DNA of 57,820 nucleotides from Myxococcota bacterium (GTDB lineage Bacteria; Myxococcota_A; Polyangia; Polyangiales; Houyiibacteriaceae): NCBI GenBank assembly GCA_039030515.1, contig JBCCEA010000025.1, positions 1 to 57,820 of the forward strand, read 5' to 3'. Shown piece by piece: positions 47,922 to 57,820 of this stretch (position 1 is its first letter; each line of letters starts with the position of its first letter). The notes under the pieces were generated by a model. It saw only the letters and a program-made list of their open reading frames with translations, ran no database searches and was not told where the DNA came from. The position numbers and the translations under genes were made by a program.

Positions 47922-48232
47922 TTCGTTCCGTCGGTTACATCAGCTTAGTGCGCGTTTTGAGGTTGTGCATTCGAATGGGCGATTCTGACGATATCAATTG
48001 AATGCAACTCGTCATGAAGAAGGCCTGATTTCAAAAGGTTATCTCGATCCATCCCAGTATCATTTCCAATAATAACAGAACTGCTCACCATAGGTGTAAC
48101 CGAGGCGTCTCATTTTATGCTTGGTCTGTACGCCTGCCGATCCCCAAAGCTGCGCCTTCGGAGTGGAATGCACAGAACAAACGATTTTCTACCAGTCGGA
48201 GCGCGGGGCGTGGATCATAGGAGGCATCGATC

Positions 48233-49450
48233 ATGAACAACGACATCTTCGAACACGTCCATCTGACGATCAGTGGACCCGATACGCCGGGGATCACGGC
48301 AGAACTGACCAAAGTTATCGCGGAAAGCCAAACGCGGTTGCTGGATATCGAGCAGGTGGTCGTTCAGGGTCAGCTCACCCTGTGTTTGCTCCTCGCACTC
48401 GATGCGTCGGAGACCAACGCAAACCCGATCTTGAGGGATCTGCTTTTTACCGCGAAGCGGATGGGTATGGAGCTTGAATTTCGGGTTCTCAAAGCCCAAA
48501 GCCAGAACCACAGCTACAAGAGGCGCTTTGCCGTCACGGCGATCGGGGACGGTCTCGATGCCTCTGGGATCCACGCGATAGCCGAAGAACTTGCCCGCTA
48601 TCAGGCGAATATCGAGCATATTCGACGCCTGAACAGCGGCGCACTCACTTCACTCGAAGTGATCGTTTCCTTCACCCCGAGCTCGGAGCCGGTCTCGCTA
48701 CGCGAAGACCTACTCAAGGCGACAGCCCATTTGGACATCGATATCGCGGTGCAGCGCGAACGCCTCACCCGTCGGAGCAAGCGCCTGGTGGTCCTCGATA
48801 TGGATTCCACCCTGATTCGGATCGAGATCATCGACGAACTCGCACGCAGTCACGGAGTGGTCGACAAAGTAGCAGCGATTACCCATCGAGCGATGTCTGG
48901 TGAGTTAGATTTCACTCAGAGTCTGCGTGAACGAGTTCAGTTGCTCAAGGGCATGAAATGGAGCGACGTGGAGGCGGTCGCTGCCGATCTCCCGATCACG
49001 GAAGGTGCACCGGAAATGCTGCGGGTGCTGCATACGTTGGGATACAAAACTGGCGTGATCAGTGGCGGGTTTTTGTTCGCCGCAAACCGGCTCAAAGAAC
49101 GATTGGGTATCGAATATGCCTATGCGAATCAACTTGAAGTGCAGGGTGATCAGCTGACCGGCCGCGTGCTCGATCCGATCATCACGCCACAGAGAAAGGC
49201 GGATCTCCTTGAAACCATCGCGCAAGGAGAAGGCATTCATCTCGAGCAGACGATCGCCATCGGTGATGGCGCCAACGATCTAGCGATGCTCGATAAAGCG
49301 GGTTTGGGCATCGCGTTCCATGCAAAACCCAAACTCAAAGAGGCGGCGGATACCGCCCTAAGCGCCGGTGGACTGGACCGGATTCTCTACCTGCTCGGCC
49401 ATCATCAGCGGGAAATCCAGGAACTGCTTGGCTCGAAATCCTCGATGTAG
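48233..49450 (+). CDS. serB: Phosphoserine phosphatase with ACT domains
   Basis: SGPDTPGIT ACT domain, DMDSTLI, SLRERV, ISGGF and IGDGANDL. Confidence 0.95.
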   Translation: MNNDIFEHVHLTISGPDTPGITAELTKVIAESQTRLLDIEQVVVQGQLTLCLLLALDASETNANPILRDLLFTAKRMGMELEFRVLKAQSQNHSYKRRFAVTAIGDGLDASGIHAIAEELARYQANIEHIRRLNSGALTSLEVIVSFTPSSEPVSLREDLLKATAHLDIDIAVQRERLTRRSKRLVVLDMDSTLIRIEIIDELARSHGVVDKVAAITHRAMSGELDFTQSLRERVQLLKGMKWSDVEAVAADLPITEGAPEMLRVLHTLGYKTGVISGGFLFAANRLKERLGIEYAYANQLEVQGDQLTGRVLDPIITPQRKADLLETIAQGEGIHLEQTIAIGDGANDLAMLDKAGLGIAFHAKPKLKEAADTALSAGGLDRILYLLGHHQREIQELLGSKSSM

Positions 49451-49526
49451 AGCGCATGTTCCAAAACCCAAACGACCCCGCGTCGCGCAGCACCCATCCG
49501 GCCCTCCATTCACTGCACCTGATGCG

Positions 49527-50903
49527 TTAGGTAGGCTTGTATTCTAGTATCTGCGCGATTTCTGGGTCAGTAAAAACCACTCCCTGTTGTTTCAAATATT
49601 CGAGTGCCTCTTCTATACCCATACTAGGGCGATGCTTCGTAAGCCTCATGAGAAGCGCTTTCCTCTCTGCTGGTCTAAGAGGTGCTCTTCCAGGCGGCGG
49701 TGGGATTGGACGTATTGGGCTCCCTTGCGCGGGGCCGTTTACTGAAGCGTGTCGCCCATGTTCTCGCACGGCGGTTCGAACCAAGCATGCGATTTCGTCA
49801 TTTGGTAGCACCCCAGGGTACTCTGAAATCAAATATCGATGAATCGCATTGAAATTAGGACCTTCCGATCCACAAGGGAGTTCAAGGCATTCTTTGAGAC
49901 GTACGCGAAGGGCCAAATAGTCGACGTGTTCATGAAAAGAATGAGTTGTGTCCGGGCCAGACTCTCTTATGGTCTCCAGGAGCATGCGTGCTTGTTTGGA
50001 CGTGCAAGAAAATCCAGCGTCACTAAGCCATTCCTGGGCTTCTACGAAGCCGATTTGTTCGCATTTGAAGCGATGTCGAAGAAACCGATCAATCGCCCAG
50101 TATGTCAGCGGCGTCGGCAGCTTGGTCTCTAATGGGCATTCCGGGTGATCGGTCCGTGAACCTCCAGGTGGTGTTTTTGTACCTCTCGACCCTGGGATGA
50201 CGTGCCTCGAACCGAAAATCATTGGCGACCCTGAGATAGAGCGATGCGGTACCTTTCGATCAGATGATTCCTGCAAGAGCTGCGTAAGTTGTGCAGCGCT
50301 GAAGCTAGGATGATGACCAGCTGACAAAAGATAATTGGACAGGGTAGTCAATTGCAAAATGCGCGGATAGGTCTTTATGAGATCACCGACACTACCTCGA
50401 AGGAAGTCATGCACGGCTTCTCGTAACCGTTGTTGTTCTTCTTCATATTTCTCGCTTGTCTTTTGAATCCCGGTCCGGGCTATCAATGCTCTTTTAAATT
50501 TTTCATGGACTTCGAGTGAATACCACTTCAACATCCGATCAACTGCAAAATTCAAGCCATCATTTCTGAGTTGTTCTTTTATTTCCATCTGGCAGCGCAT
50601 CACATCTGGCGACTGAGATCGATATCGAGATTCATAACCCCATTGAAAACAGTCGTAACAGCGAAATAGGGTCGCTATTACTTCCGGTTTGAGGTCGGTA
50701 GGTTCGTTTATAATTGATTGAACCAGAGGTGATTTTTGGCTCGATAAAATGATAGACAGAAAAATGGCTTGTTCCGGGGTGCAATCATATCTATTACGCC
50801 AAAAATACGGAGCGAGTTCGCAAGCTGGATATCCAGGTAACCCATGCGTTATCGCCCATTGGACTGCCGCTATGCACATCATAGGCGGTAGAGCGAGCGG
50901 CAT
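49527..50903 (-). CDS. Orphan repeat-domain protein, family A copy 1 (apparently intact)
   Basis: 458-aa ORF with block similarity to 52797..54364 and 55883..56760 (APYFW..YDCTPEQAI, RCYD/E..QW, GHHPSF..AQL, P.PLT, CT..QA..L.E.I, R..ECLE). Confidence 0.75.
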   Translation of the reverse strand: MPLALPPMMCIAAVQWAITHGLPGYPACELAPYFWRNRYDCTPEQAIFLSIILSSQKSPLVQSIINEPTDLKPEVIATLFRCYDCFQWGYESRYRSQSPDVMRCQMEIKEQLRNDGLNFAVDRMLKWYSLEVHEKFKRALIARTGIQKTSEKYEEEQQRLREAVHDFLRGSVGDLIKTYPRILQLTTLSNYLLSAGHHPSFSAAQLTQLLQESSDRKVPHRSISGSPMIFGSRHVIPGSRGTKTPPGGSRTDHPECPLETKLPTPLTYWAIDRFLRHRFKCEQIGFVEAQEWLSDAGFSCTSKQARMLLETIRESGPDTTHSFHEHVDYLALRVRLKECLELPCGSEGPNFNAIHRYLISEYPGVLPNDEIACLVRTAVREHGRHASVNGPAQGSPIRPIPPPPGRAPLRPAERKALLMRLTKHRPSMGIEEALEYLKQQGVVFTDPEIAQILEYKPT

Positions 50904-51206
50904 TTCAACCTCGAGCGCTTTGATATTGACGCGTTGCCGCGAAACAGCTGATGTTTTTAGGAACTGCTGTGGAGGTCATCGCAAACACTTAGCACTGCAA
51001 TTGACCGATGCACCATAGCACGGGATTACATCGTTTAATGTACACCCAGAGATGAGCTTTCGCTGGACGTTGATCTGGTTGAATGGTCCAAGGCTCGGCG
51101 GACGCGCAAGGTTCGGTAGGAAACATCGGTATCGGTGGCCACGATTACAGCCGCCCGAGGTCTCCTAGCGCATGGATATCTGCCAGGTCAGAGGAGGCCG
51201 AGACCA

Positions 51207-51613
51207 CAGGGCAAACGCATCTAATTGGGCTGGGAAACGAGCACCTTTGCCAGGAAGTCGTCGCTCCACCCTGCCTTTAGTCGCCGATTTTTGATGCCAA
51301 TCTTTGAATCGACACCGCGGAGAAGATTGAGGGCTGCGTGACGAACGCCAGCGAAGTTTTCGGCGGCGTTCTCGGCATCGCCTCGAGGTCATGACGACGC
51401 GACCGCTTTATCCGAGGGTCTGGCAGATGCGCAAGGAGCTCGATAAAGGAGGAAACGTCCGGAGCCGGACCCATGGAGGCTGGAGCCTTTGCGCGTCTCG
51501 ATGATGGAACTTTGACTGGTCGCTTGGACATGGGACCGAAGAGATCACGCGGCCTCGGCAACCACGCGGTCGCAAGCGATCGACCTCATTACGCCTTTGA
51601 TGCGATCGCCCTT
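51207..51613 (-). mobile_element. Internally deleted ISAs1-family IS (MITE-like, ~407 bp)
   Basis: Transposase N-terminus FIELLAHLPDPRIKRSRRHDL joined out of frame to the C-terminus NAAENFAGVRHAALNLLRG..KIGIKNRRLKAGWSDDFLAKVL. Inverted ends CAGGGCAAACGCATC (51207) and GATGCGATCGCCCT (51599-51612). Confidence 0.85.
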
Positions 51614-51834
51614 GGCTATCTACAGCGAAAAATTGAAAAACAAAGAGTTGAATCGAGCCCAAGCTCGTTGCGTGGCGGAAAAATGTCAAGTGGAGGGCTT
51701 TTTGACTGAATCCAAAAACGCGTGTGGACGACAAATTGAACTAGATGCGCAAAAAAATGATATCAGGAAGTTTCGTCTAAAGTTAAAATCACAAAAGCAC
51801 ATTCGTCTTTGACAGGACAATCATCGGTTACGCT

Positions 51835-52489
51835 TTAGAAAACGCGCTTCCATTCAAAATCACAGTTTTGTTGGACCACTTGCATCGACCGATAATGTTT
51901 ACCGAACGCTTGATTATATTTGAAGGCGATGACTTTCTGAAACCTGACCGATAAAATCTTCCGAATAAGTTCGCAATCAGGGATCGACGGCAGTGGCAGA
52001 AGAAAATAGCAGTGCCGTTGATGCACCAACGGTGCATCAACAGTGTCGTGGAAGCCCTCGTGAATAAGCTGGAGGTAGAGGTCCCGACAATCTCGAGAAG
52101 AGTTTAGGTGACGAGGTTCTAGAAAACGCGCGTAGGCCGTGAGGCACTCATAAAAAAGAGTATGTCGAAGTATGAGCGGCAACACTGCCGAGTATCTTAT
52201 AGCATTTGACAGAATTTGAAGTTGCGTCTTCGTGCATCGATATCCGTCTCGACGTGCATTTTCGAAAATCACATTCGGATCGCTATAAAGACATCGAATC
52301 AATAACGTACCGACCAACATTCGAGATAGTCTGAACTGCTAAAGCGATCTGTCGCGGATCTGCTTGAGGGCCGCGACGTTGAAGCTGAGACGTGATCTCA
52401 ACTGGGAGCAACGGCCCCTTTTGTGATGAGTTACGAACTCGGCTTTGAAGCTCTGCGACAAATTTAGGGGATAGCGCGGGATTCATCAT
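51835..52489 (-). pseudogene. Orphan family B copy 1, internally deleted and frameshifted
   Basis: 52283..52489 matches the N-terminus of 54855..55865 (ITSQL..RG..AD.RQIALA..TISNV). 51835..52320 matches its C-terminal half (VIFENAR..G.RCT..Q, CLTAY.R, QL..EGF.DTV.APLV). The middle is missing. Confidence 0.8.
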
Positions 52490-52796
52490 TGGCGCATGGC
52501 AAACTCATGTTGAACTTAGTTTAATTAGATTTTTGAAGTCTTCTTAATCATCAACATCGAAAACTACGGGAAGCCAGGCACGAAGTAACGCATCGTCATC
52601 GTCAGGTTGGGGCCCTAGAGCTTGTGAAGTGGGCGAATCATCGCTCTTCCAGTGGCTTGTCCGACTACTTGCAATGCGACCGAATCTCTAATGAGGCCGA
52701 AAGTAGCAACGGAGACATCGATCCGCTATCGGTGTAACGTCAGTTCCCGGCTGGACAGATTTAATACTCTTTTTAAACAGCACCTGATGCGTTAAT

Positions 52797-54364
52797 TTAG
52801 GTAAGGTCCCCCAACATGGCGTCGATCTCTTCATCAGTAAAAGGAACGTCATTTGGTTCCTGTGCGCCAAGTGATCCGGATGGCTCAACCGGTGGCGGAG
52901 AGGCCCCAGGTGCCGGAGGGAGGCGTCCGGATGAGGGAGCAGCTCTGGTCGTTACTCTACATGCACGTTGAGGGGGCCTTTTTGCTGCGGACACAAGAGG
53001 AGCTGGAACAGGCCGACCTCCCGCGCGCTGGGCTACTCTCATCCACCTAATAAAGTGCAGAGCTGCTATTTCCCAAAGTCCATCCTCTTTTAATTGATGC
53101 AAGATCGCTTGGGCATCTTCATGCTCCGTTCCATTTAGCAACTCAAGGCATTCTTGAAAACGCACGTGAGCGGCAATGTAGTTAGCAACGTTCAACTGAG
53201 AAGAATCTTTCTCCAGCTTAGTCAGAAACATCGCTTTTTCGCGTTCGCTACGAGCACCGACCACCGATCGAATACCGTTGATGGACTCTACGAGCTTATA
53301 TGCCTGTAGCTCCGTACATAAAGGAGCGTATTGGCGCATCAGCGCCAGAGCACGTGCGGGATCGAATCTTTCTTCGTTAGGGCTTAGCGGAAGCGCCATA
53401 AAGCGCAGAATCGCATCGACCGTTAGCGGCGGTGGGAACTCAACGGTTCTTCGGCGTTTTTGGCCAGTGCACTGGGGCCGTGCTGGCGGGGTGGAAACTG
53501 GGTGAAGTTGGCCTGGAGCACTCGGAGCTGGAGCGAGCGTGGCTGACAGGGGCAGAACAGGTGAAGCTTGCACGGGCGGAGCACTCGGAGCTGGAGCAGG
53601 CGAGGCTAACGCGACAGCACCTGGAGCACGCAAAACTGAAACAAACGTAGGAGGACGTCTCGGTGAAGGTGAGCGTCGGCTATCCAAGGCTGCGTCCAGC
53701 TGTGCAAACGTAAAACGAGGTGGATAGCCTTCTCTGAGGAGACGGTCGTGCAGCGCGTTTCTTTGCTCACCTCGCGAACGATTTGGGGTGTAAAAATCAG
53801 GACGCTCTTGCAAAAGATTCCGCACACGTTGATTTACAAGCTCCAACTCTGTCTCATAGTCGCGAGTTACTCTGGCGATGTTGAGATTCTTCCGAGGTAC
53901 CTTTTGTGCACCACGAAGAAAAGAAGCGACGGGTGGCTCTGCTTCGCACTTTGCCAGCTCTTTTTGAATTGTTTCGTGTGTATAAGCTGTGTAGTGGCAC
54001 GAGATATCGTTGCTCTTGCCCTGAAACCCTTCCTGTGTAAGCAGAGAATAGAGAGAATTAACCTCAGAGCGATTCGTGGCATGTGACGGCTGAAACTGAG
54101 GTGCCCATTGATAGAGTTCGTAGCAGCGCACTAGTGCCGCAACCGATGTTAGATTATTGGACCTTCGAATTTTTCGAAGGATTGACTCTCGAATACTTGG
54201 TAAAACAACACAAAGAAGAATAGCTTGCTCGTCAGTGCAATCATATCCATGGCCCCAAAGGTAGGGGGCATATTGCGGGGGCGCGAGCTCAGGATGCGGG
54301 CAAGGGGATTTATCCACCATGCGATCGATTCTACACGCATCATCGGTGGAAGCTTGAAAGACAC
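52797..54364 (-). pseudogene. Orphan family A copy 2, with a probable frameshift near the 5' end
   Basis: Long ORF homologous to A1. The A1-like N-terminus VSFKLPPMMRVESIAWWI (GTG 54364) is in another frame, with the shift at about 54300-54315. It could still be translated from ATG ~54320. Confidence 0.65.
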
Positions 54365-54699
54365 TAATAACCCCGAGCGCTTTCGTATCGGAGCGTGGCA
54401 ATTCGAGAATCGATATTCGCAGAACCGGATACGATAGGCATCACGAGTACTTAGCATTCTGGCTATCCAATAGCGAATCGCATCGGATTACATCATCTGA
54501 TGTATGGGCGGAGATGAACCTGCACCGGCTATGGACCTGACAGAACCTTGCAGGCCGAGAGGCACCAAAACCACCCGCGTCCGCTTTGTGCGTGTCGCAG
54601 CGGGGAGCATGTCGAATGGAACACTCCTTGGCTGAGCTCAAAAGCGCGTATGGCAGACAAAATCAATCAGGCGCGCAGGTAGAGTCACATCAAGAACTC

Positions 54700-55865
54700 T
54701 CAAACAGAAGTTAATGTTTTTTTAACGTTCACAATGCCCGATAAGCTTTGTGAACATCTCGACCAGATTTCGTGGCGATGATTCTCCGAGACATGCCCAA
54801 TAAAATGTTCTTGCAGCACGGTCAGATTCAGGGCTGGAATGGTAGAGTCTAAAACTAAAGAGGTGATGCGAGCCAGAATCGATCGGATGGCGCTACTAGA
54901 GCTTGGCGAGGCAAGATGCCGATTGGCGGGAGTGGCAGGAGCGATCGGCGGCACCATGTCTGAACCAAAGGGGCATTTACAGTATCACCGAAGCCCTCGC
55001 GAACGAGCTGATTGTAGATGTCCCAGAAACTTTGAGAGGAGCTTAAGCGACGAAGTTCTTCAACACGTATGTACGCGGTGAGGCATTTCCAGAAGTCAAC
55101 GTGTCTGGGTATCGGCGGCAGTGTGTTTGGGCTTTTCATGACGGCCGCTAGGATCCTAAATTGCTCCGGCGTGCATCGATGGCCATTTCCACGTGCATTT
55201 TCGAAAATCACCTTCGAATCGATATTCGGAAATCTCTCAGGCGCAGAAGCAACCGCTTGGACCACCTCACACGTCATCGGCGGCGAAAATCCGGGCGATG
55301 TTTGACTAGGAGGCGGCCGAGCCACAGCTTCACCATCGCTAGAGTCAGAAGGAGGAGAACTAGAACGAGCGGAGTCACGGGAGCTACGTCGCCTTCTATC
55401 TGTAGATGGCGACATCGACATCAACATAGGGGACGAAGAAAGCGAGCTCCAAGAGAGAGAGGGTCGACTGCTGGACGACTGCCGATCTTCGTCATTGCGG
55501 TACAATCGTTTCCAAAGAGGGACATCGGCTAGATCTATTTGGCCTTCTAATTCAGGTAGATCCCTATGTACAAGGTGATCATAAATCTGAGGAGCACTCC
55601 ATATTGGTTCCCATTTAAAATACTCTATCGCACGTACAAGCAGCGTAAGCCGTGCATCAGAAAAAGGTCTTGGGCCATTAGTGTAGTGCTCTACATTCGA
55701 TATGGTTACGATTGCCAATGCGATCTGTCGTTGGTCTGCTGCAACGCCACGAGCTAGGAGCTGAGATGTGATCTGATACGCAGATATCGCTCCTGTCAGT
55801 CTCGAGTTACAAACGTAAACTCTAAGATCTGCAATGAGGTTAAGCGCTAATGCGTCATTCATCAT
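54700..55865 (-). CDS. Orphan family B copy 2 (ORF 54855..55865; the tail may continue in another frame to 54700)
   Basis: 336-aa ORF with a Ser-rich linker, SPPMTCE...GHRCTPEQ and IYNQLVREG. Alternate-frame SAIRSIL resembles ELIRKIL of B1. Confidence 0.65.
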
Positions 55866-55882
55866 GAGTAGATATCGAATTC

Positions 55883-56760
55883 ATGCTGAACTGGGTTGCG
55901 TCAACTCTTCAGGTCATCTCGGTTATTTTCAGTGAAGGAATCTACGAATCATTGAGCCAAGCGCGAATCCATGGGCAGCGCATCAACGTCTTGACTCAGC
56001 AAAGATTGCTTCTCCATTTAAACATTGTCTTTTTTAGCATCGCCCCAATTCATTGCAATGCGCGACAGCCAATCGCTCGGAGGAAAACATGCACAAAGAC
56101 ATTCATAGGCTATGCTTTGAGCATCGATCCCTGCTTGAGCGGACTCAAGACGCTCTCTGAAAAGCACATGAGCTCCAACGTAAGCTGCGTAACGACTTCT
56201 CTCAGAATTCGAATGCAAACGTCTCTGAATACGTTTTTGGTTTTCTTCGGAAAAACAATTCTCCATCAGTCGTCAACGAATCAGTCTTACCGATAGTATC
56301 CAAGAGTTTTTCTGCCTGCGAGGGGATGCAGGCAAATGAATTGTGCTGCAGTAACCTTTCAACGCCTTCGCTATCCAGATTTGGGTTGCTTGCCCTATGG
56401 TCCAGAAGGCAAAGAACAGTATGGACCTTCAGTCGCGCTGGGGGTGGGGCGTCTAACCTTGGCCTTGTGGATCTCGAACCAATATTGTCGGCCGGCCTTT
56501 TTGGTGGGACTGCAGGACCAAGAGCGGATGGGGCAGAGACATCCGAGAGGAGTGAGTACGATACCGGTACGAACCGTGGACGAGGAACCGCTTGCGACGT
56601 TACCGATTTTCGTATCCAAGAGTTCAGCTGCGCGCGTGTGAATCGAGGAGGATGGCCCTCTTGCAGCAGTCGGTGGTGAAACGCATTTCTTCGCGCGTCT
56701 ATCGGCTCACCTCTTTCTCTATAAAAATCAAAATGCTGTCTGAGCAAGTGCTGTACGCTT
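55883..56760 (-). pseudogene. Orphan family A copy 3, fragmented
   Basis: HHRLLQEGHPPRFTRAQL and CIPSQAEKLLDTI (56202..56747), then YVGAHVLFRERLE..DAQSI in another frame (56018..56266). The 5' part is eroded. Confidence 0.75.
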
Positions 56761-57234
56761 CGTTATGGGTGGCAACGCGAATCCGGTCGTCGTCGCTCAG
56801 ATAGTTAACCCAAGCAACCAGAGAACGGCCCTCTCTAGGATCAAGTTTACGCATCAGAATATTCAAACCTCCCAGATTCATCATGACGTCGAAACACATC
56901 CTGGGATGCATTCGAAAACAGAATCTTACTCAGACCTCGGCCGTGCCGGAGAGATGCTTCTGAGCTTCAGCAGATCGTATTGTTTTGAACTCTATTATCG
57001 CACAGAGGGCAAATGCCAAGCCGACTGACTTTCTCCTGATCCTATAGACTTGTATCGCAGACATCCTAAATCGCGAACAAAACTGGAACTCACAAGAAAA
57101 GACTAGCGATGTGCAACACACAATCAAACAAACGTCTTCAGTTCAGATAAATGGTTTAATGACGATATCCTACCAAATACATTCCTACTCAAAACCACTC
57201 TATTCCAAAAGCGCTCTCAACAACCACACCCCCC

Positions 57235-57820
57235 TGCCCCGCACGCGCAGGAACGAAGGCATAGCTTCCGCTACTTCGAGTTCCGACCATGGGAGGTAGC
57301 GGCCGTTCACGCCTAGCACCTGGTTCCCCCAGCGGGCCTATGTCGGCCCAAACAGCTGCTTACCTCCCATGCTCGTCGCTTGAAGTAGCCACACTACTCC
57401 TGCGCTCCTGTGCTTCCGGGGCGCTGGCTGTTTCGACCAACCTAGGCCCGCTGGGGGTTGGTGATGGCCGTTTGAACCCATCGAGAAGCGCTGGGCCGAG
57501 GAGGAGGGTACTCATTGGTACCTGACGACGACGAGCAACGTGGCAAGCGGCTGTTTGGGCCAGCATACGCGTGCCCAGCGGGTCTAGGTTGGTTCAAACA
57601 GCCAGCGCCCCCGTGGCGAGGAGGAGGAGGGTACTCATTGGTACCTGACGACGACGAGCAACGTGGCAAGCGGCTGTTTGGGCCGACTCAGCGACCACAC
57701 TCCAGCGGGCCTATGTCGGCCCAAACAGCTGCTTACCTCCCATGCTCGTCGCTTGAAGTAGCCACACTACTCCTGCGCTCCTGTGCTTCCGGGGCGCTGG
57801 CTGTTTCGACCAACCTAGGC
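57235..57820. repeat. REP/BIME-like mosaic of direct and inverted repeats
   Basis: 119-bp direct repeat (57329-57447 = 57702-57820), 64-bp direct repeat (57498-57561 = 57621-57684), and inverted pairs such as ~57418-57455 vs ~57575-57612. Confidence 0.85.

Noticed and set aside
51197..51623. Target-site duplication around the ISAs1 remnant
   Set aside because: The flanks (gccgagacca and ggctatctac) do not match.
51597..51812. 71-aa Lys-rich plus-strand ORF
   Set aside because: It begins inside the IS inverted repeat and has no recognisable homology.
49527..57130. Alternative genetic code or programmed frameshifting as the cause of the broken ORFs
   Set aside because: The breaks are frame changes and deletions at different positions in each paralogue, with no shared slippery site seen. 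Standard stop codons end the conserved genes normally.
57235..57820. Possible CRISPR array
   Set aside because: The repeats occur in both orientations, the intervening segments are themselves repeated, the spacing is irregular, and no cas genes are present.
1..57820. Whole window as a prophage, ICE or eukaryotic contaminant
   Set aside because: It is dominated by bacterial housekeeping genes, shows no phage, conjugation or integrase genes, and the eukaryote-like genes are intronless and embedded between bacterial genes.

Overview
This window looks like a chromosomal segment of a myxobacterium (Myxococcota). That assignment is inferred from the AgmX/PglI-domain gene, the Pkn-type Ser/Thr kinase, the stand-alone PilZ protein, the FHA proteins and the Cys-rich lipoproteins. 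The GC-rich backbone carries a GT39 glycosyltransferase, pssA, maeB, infA, a SurA/PpiD-like chaperone, two giant paralogous Zn-metalloprotease lipoproteins with a beta-barrel-like partner, a DUF2452 protein, an SDR, a GspE/PilB-like ATPase, orn, cysD-cysN(C), a THUMP/RlmL-like methylase, an OmpA lipoprotein, an FHA-ABC exporter, an FHA-EAL protein and serB. Orphan genes that look less GC-rich and eukaryote-like are inserted between these. (1) Three F-box-like/WD40 genes sit between copies of a 50-bp repeat that duplicates the 3' end of the neighbouring host gene. (2) There are two further beta-propeller genes. (3) One protein resembles HopX1/AvrPphE but lacks the catalytic Cys. (4) A ~7.5-kb decaying tandem array at 49.5-57 kb encodes an unrecognised repeat-domain protein family with NLS-like and acidic-tail features. 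Together these suggest a eukaryote-associated myxobacterium whose effector arsenal is being both expanded and lost. The window also holds an internally deleted HipBST-like operon with three operators spaced 71 bp apart, an internally deleted ISAs1 element, many short two-copy tandem duplications, and a REP/BIME-like mosaic repeat at both ends. I saw no rRNA, tRNA, CRISPR array, integrase or reverse transcriptase. All family calls come from recognising motifs by eye; no database searches were run.
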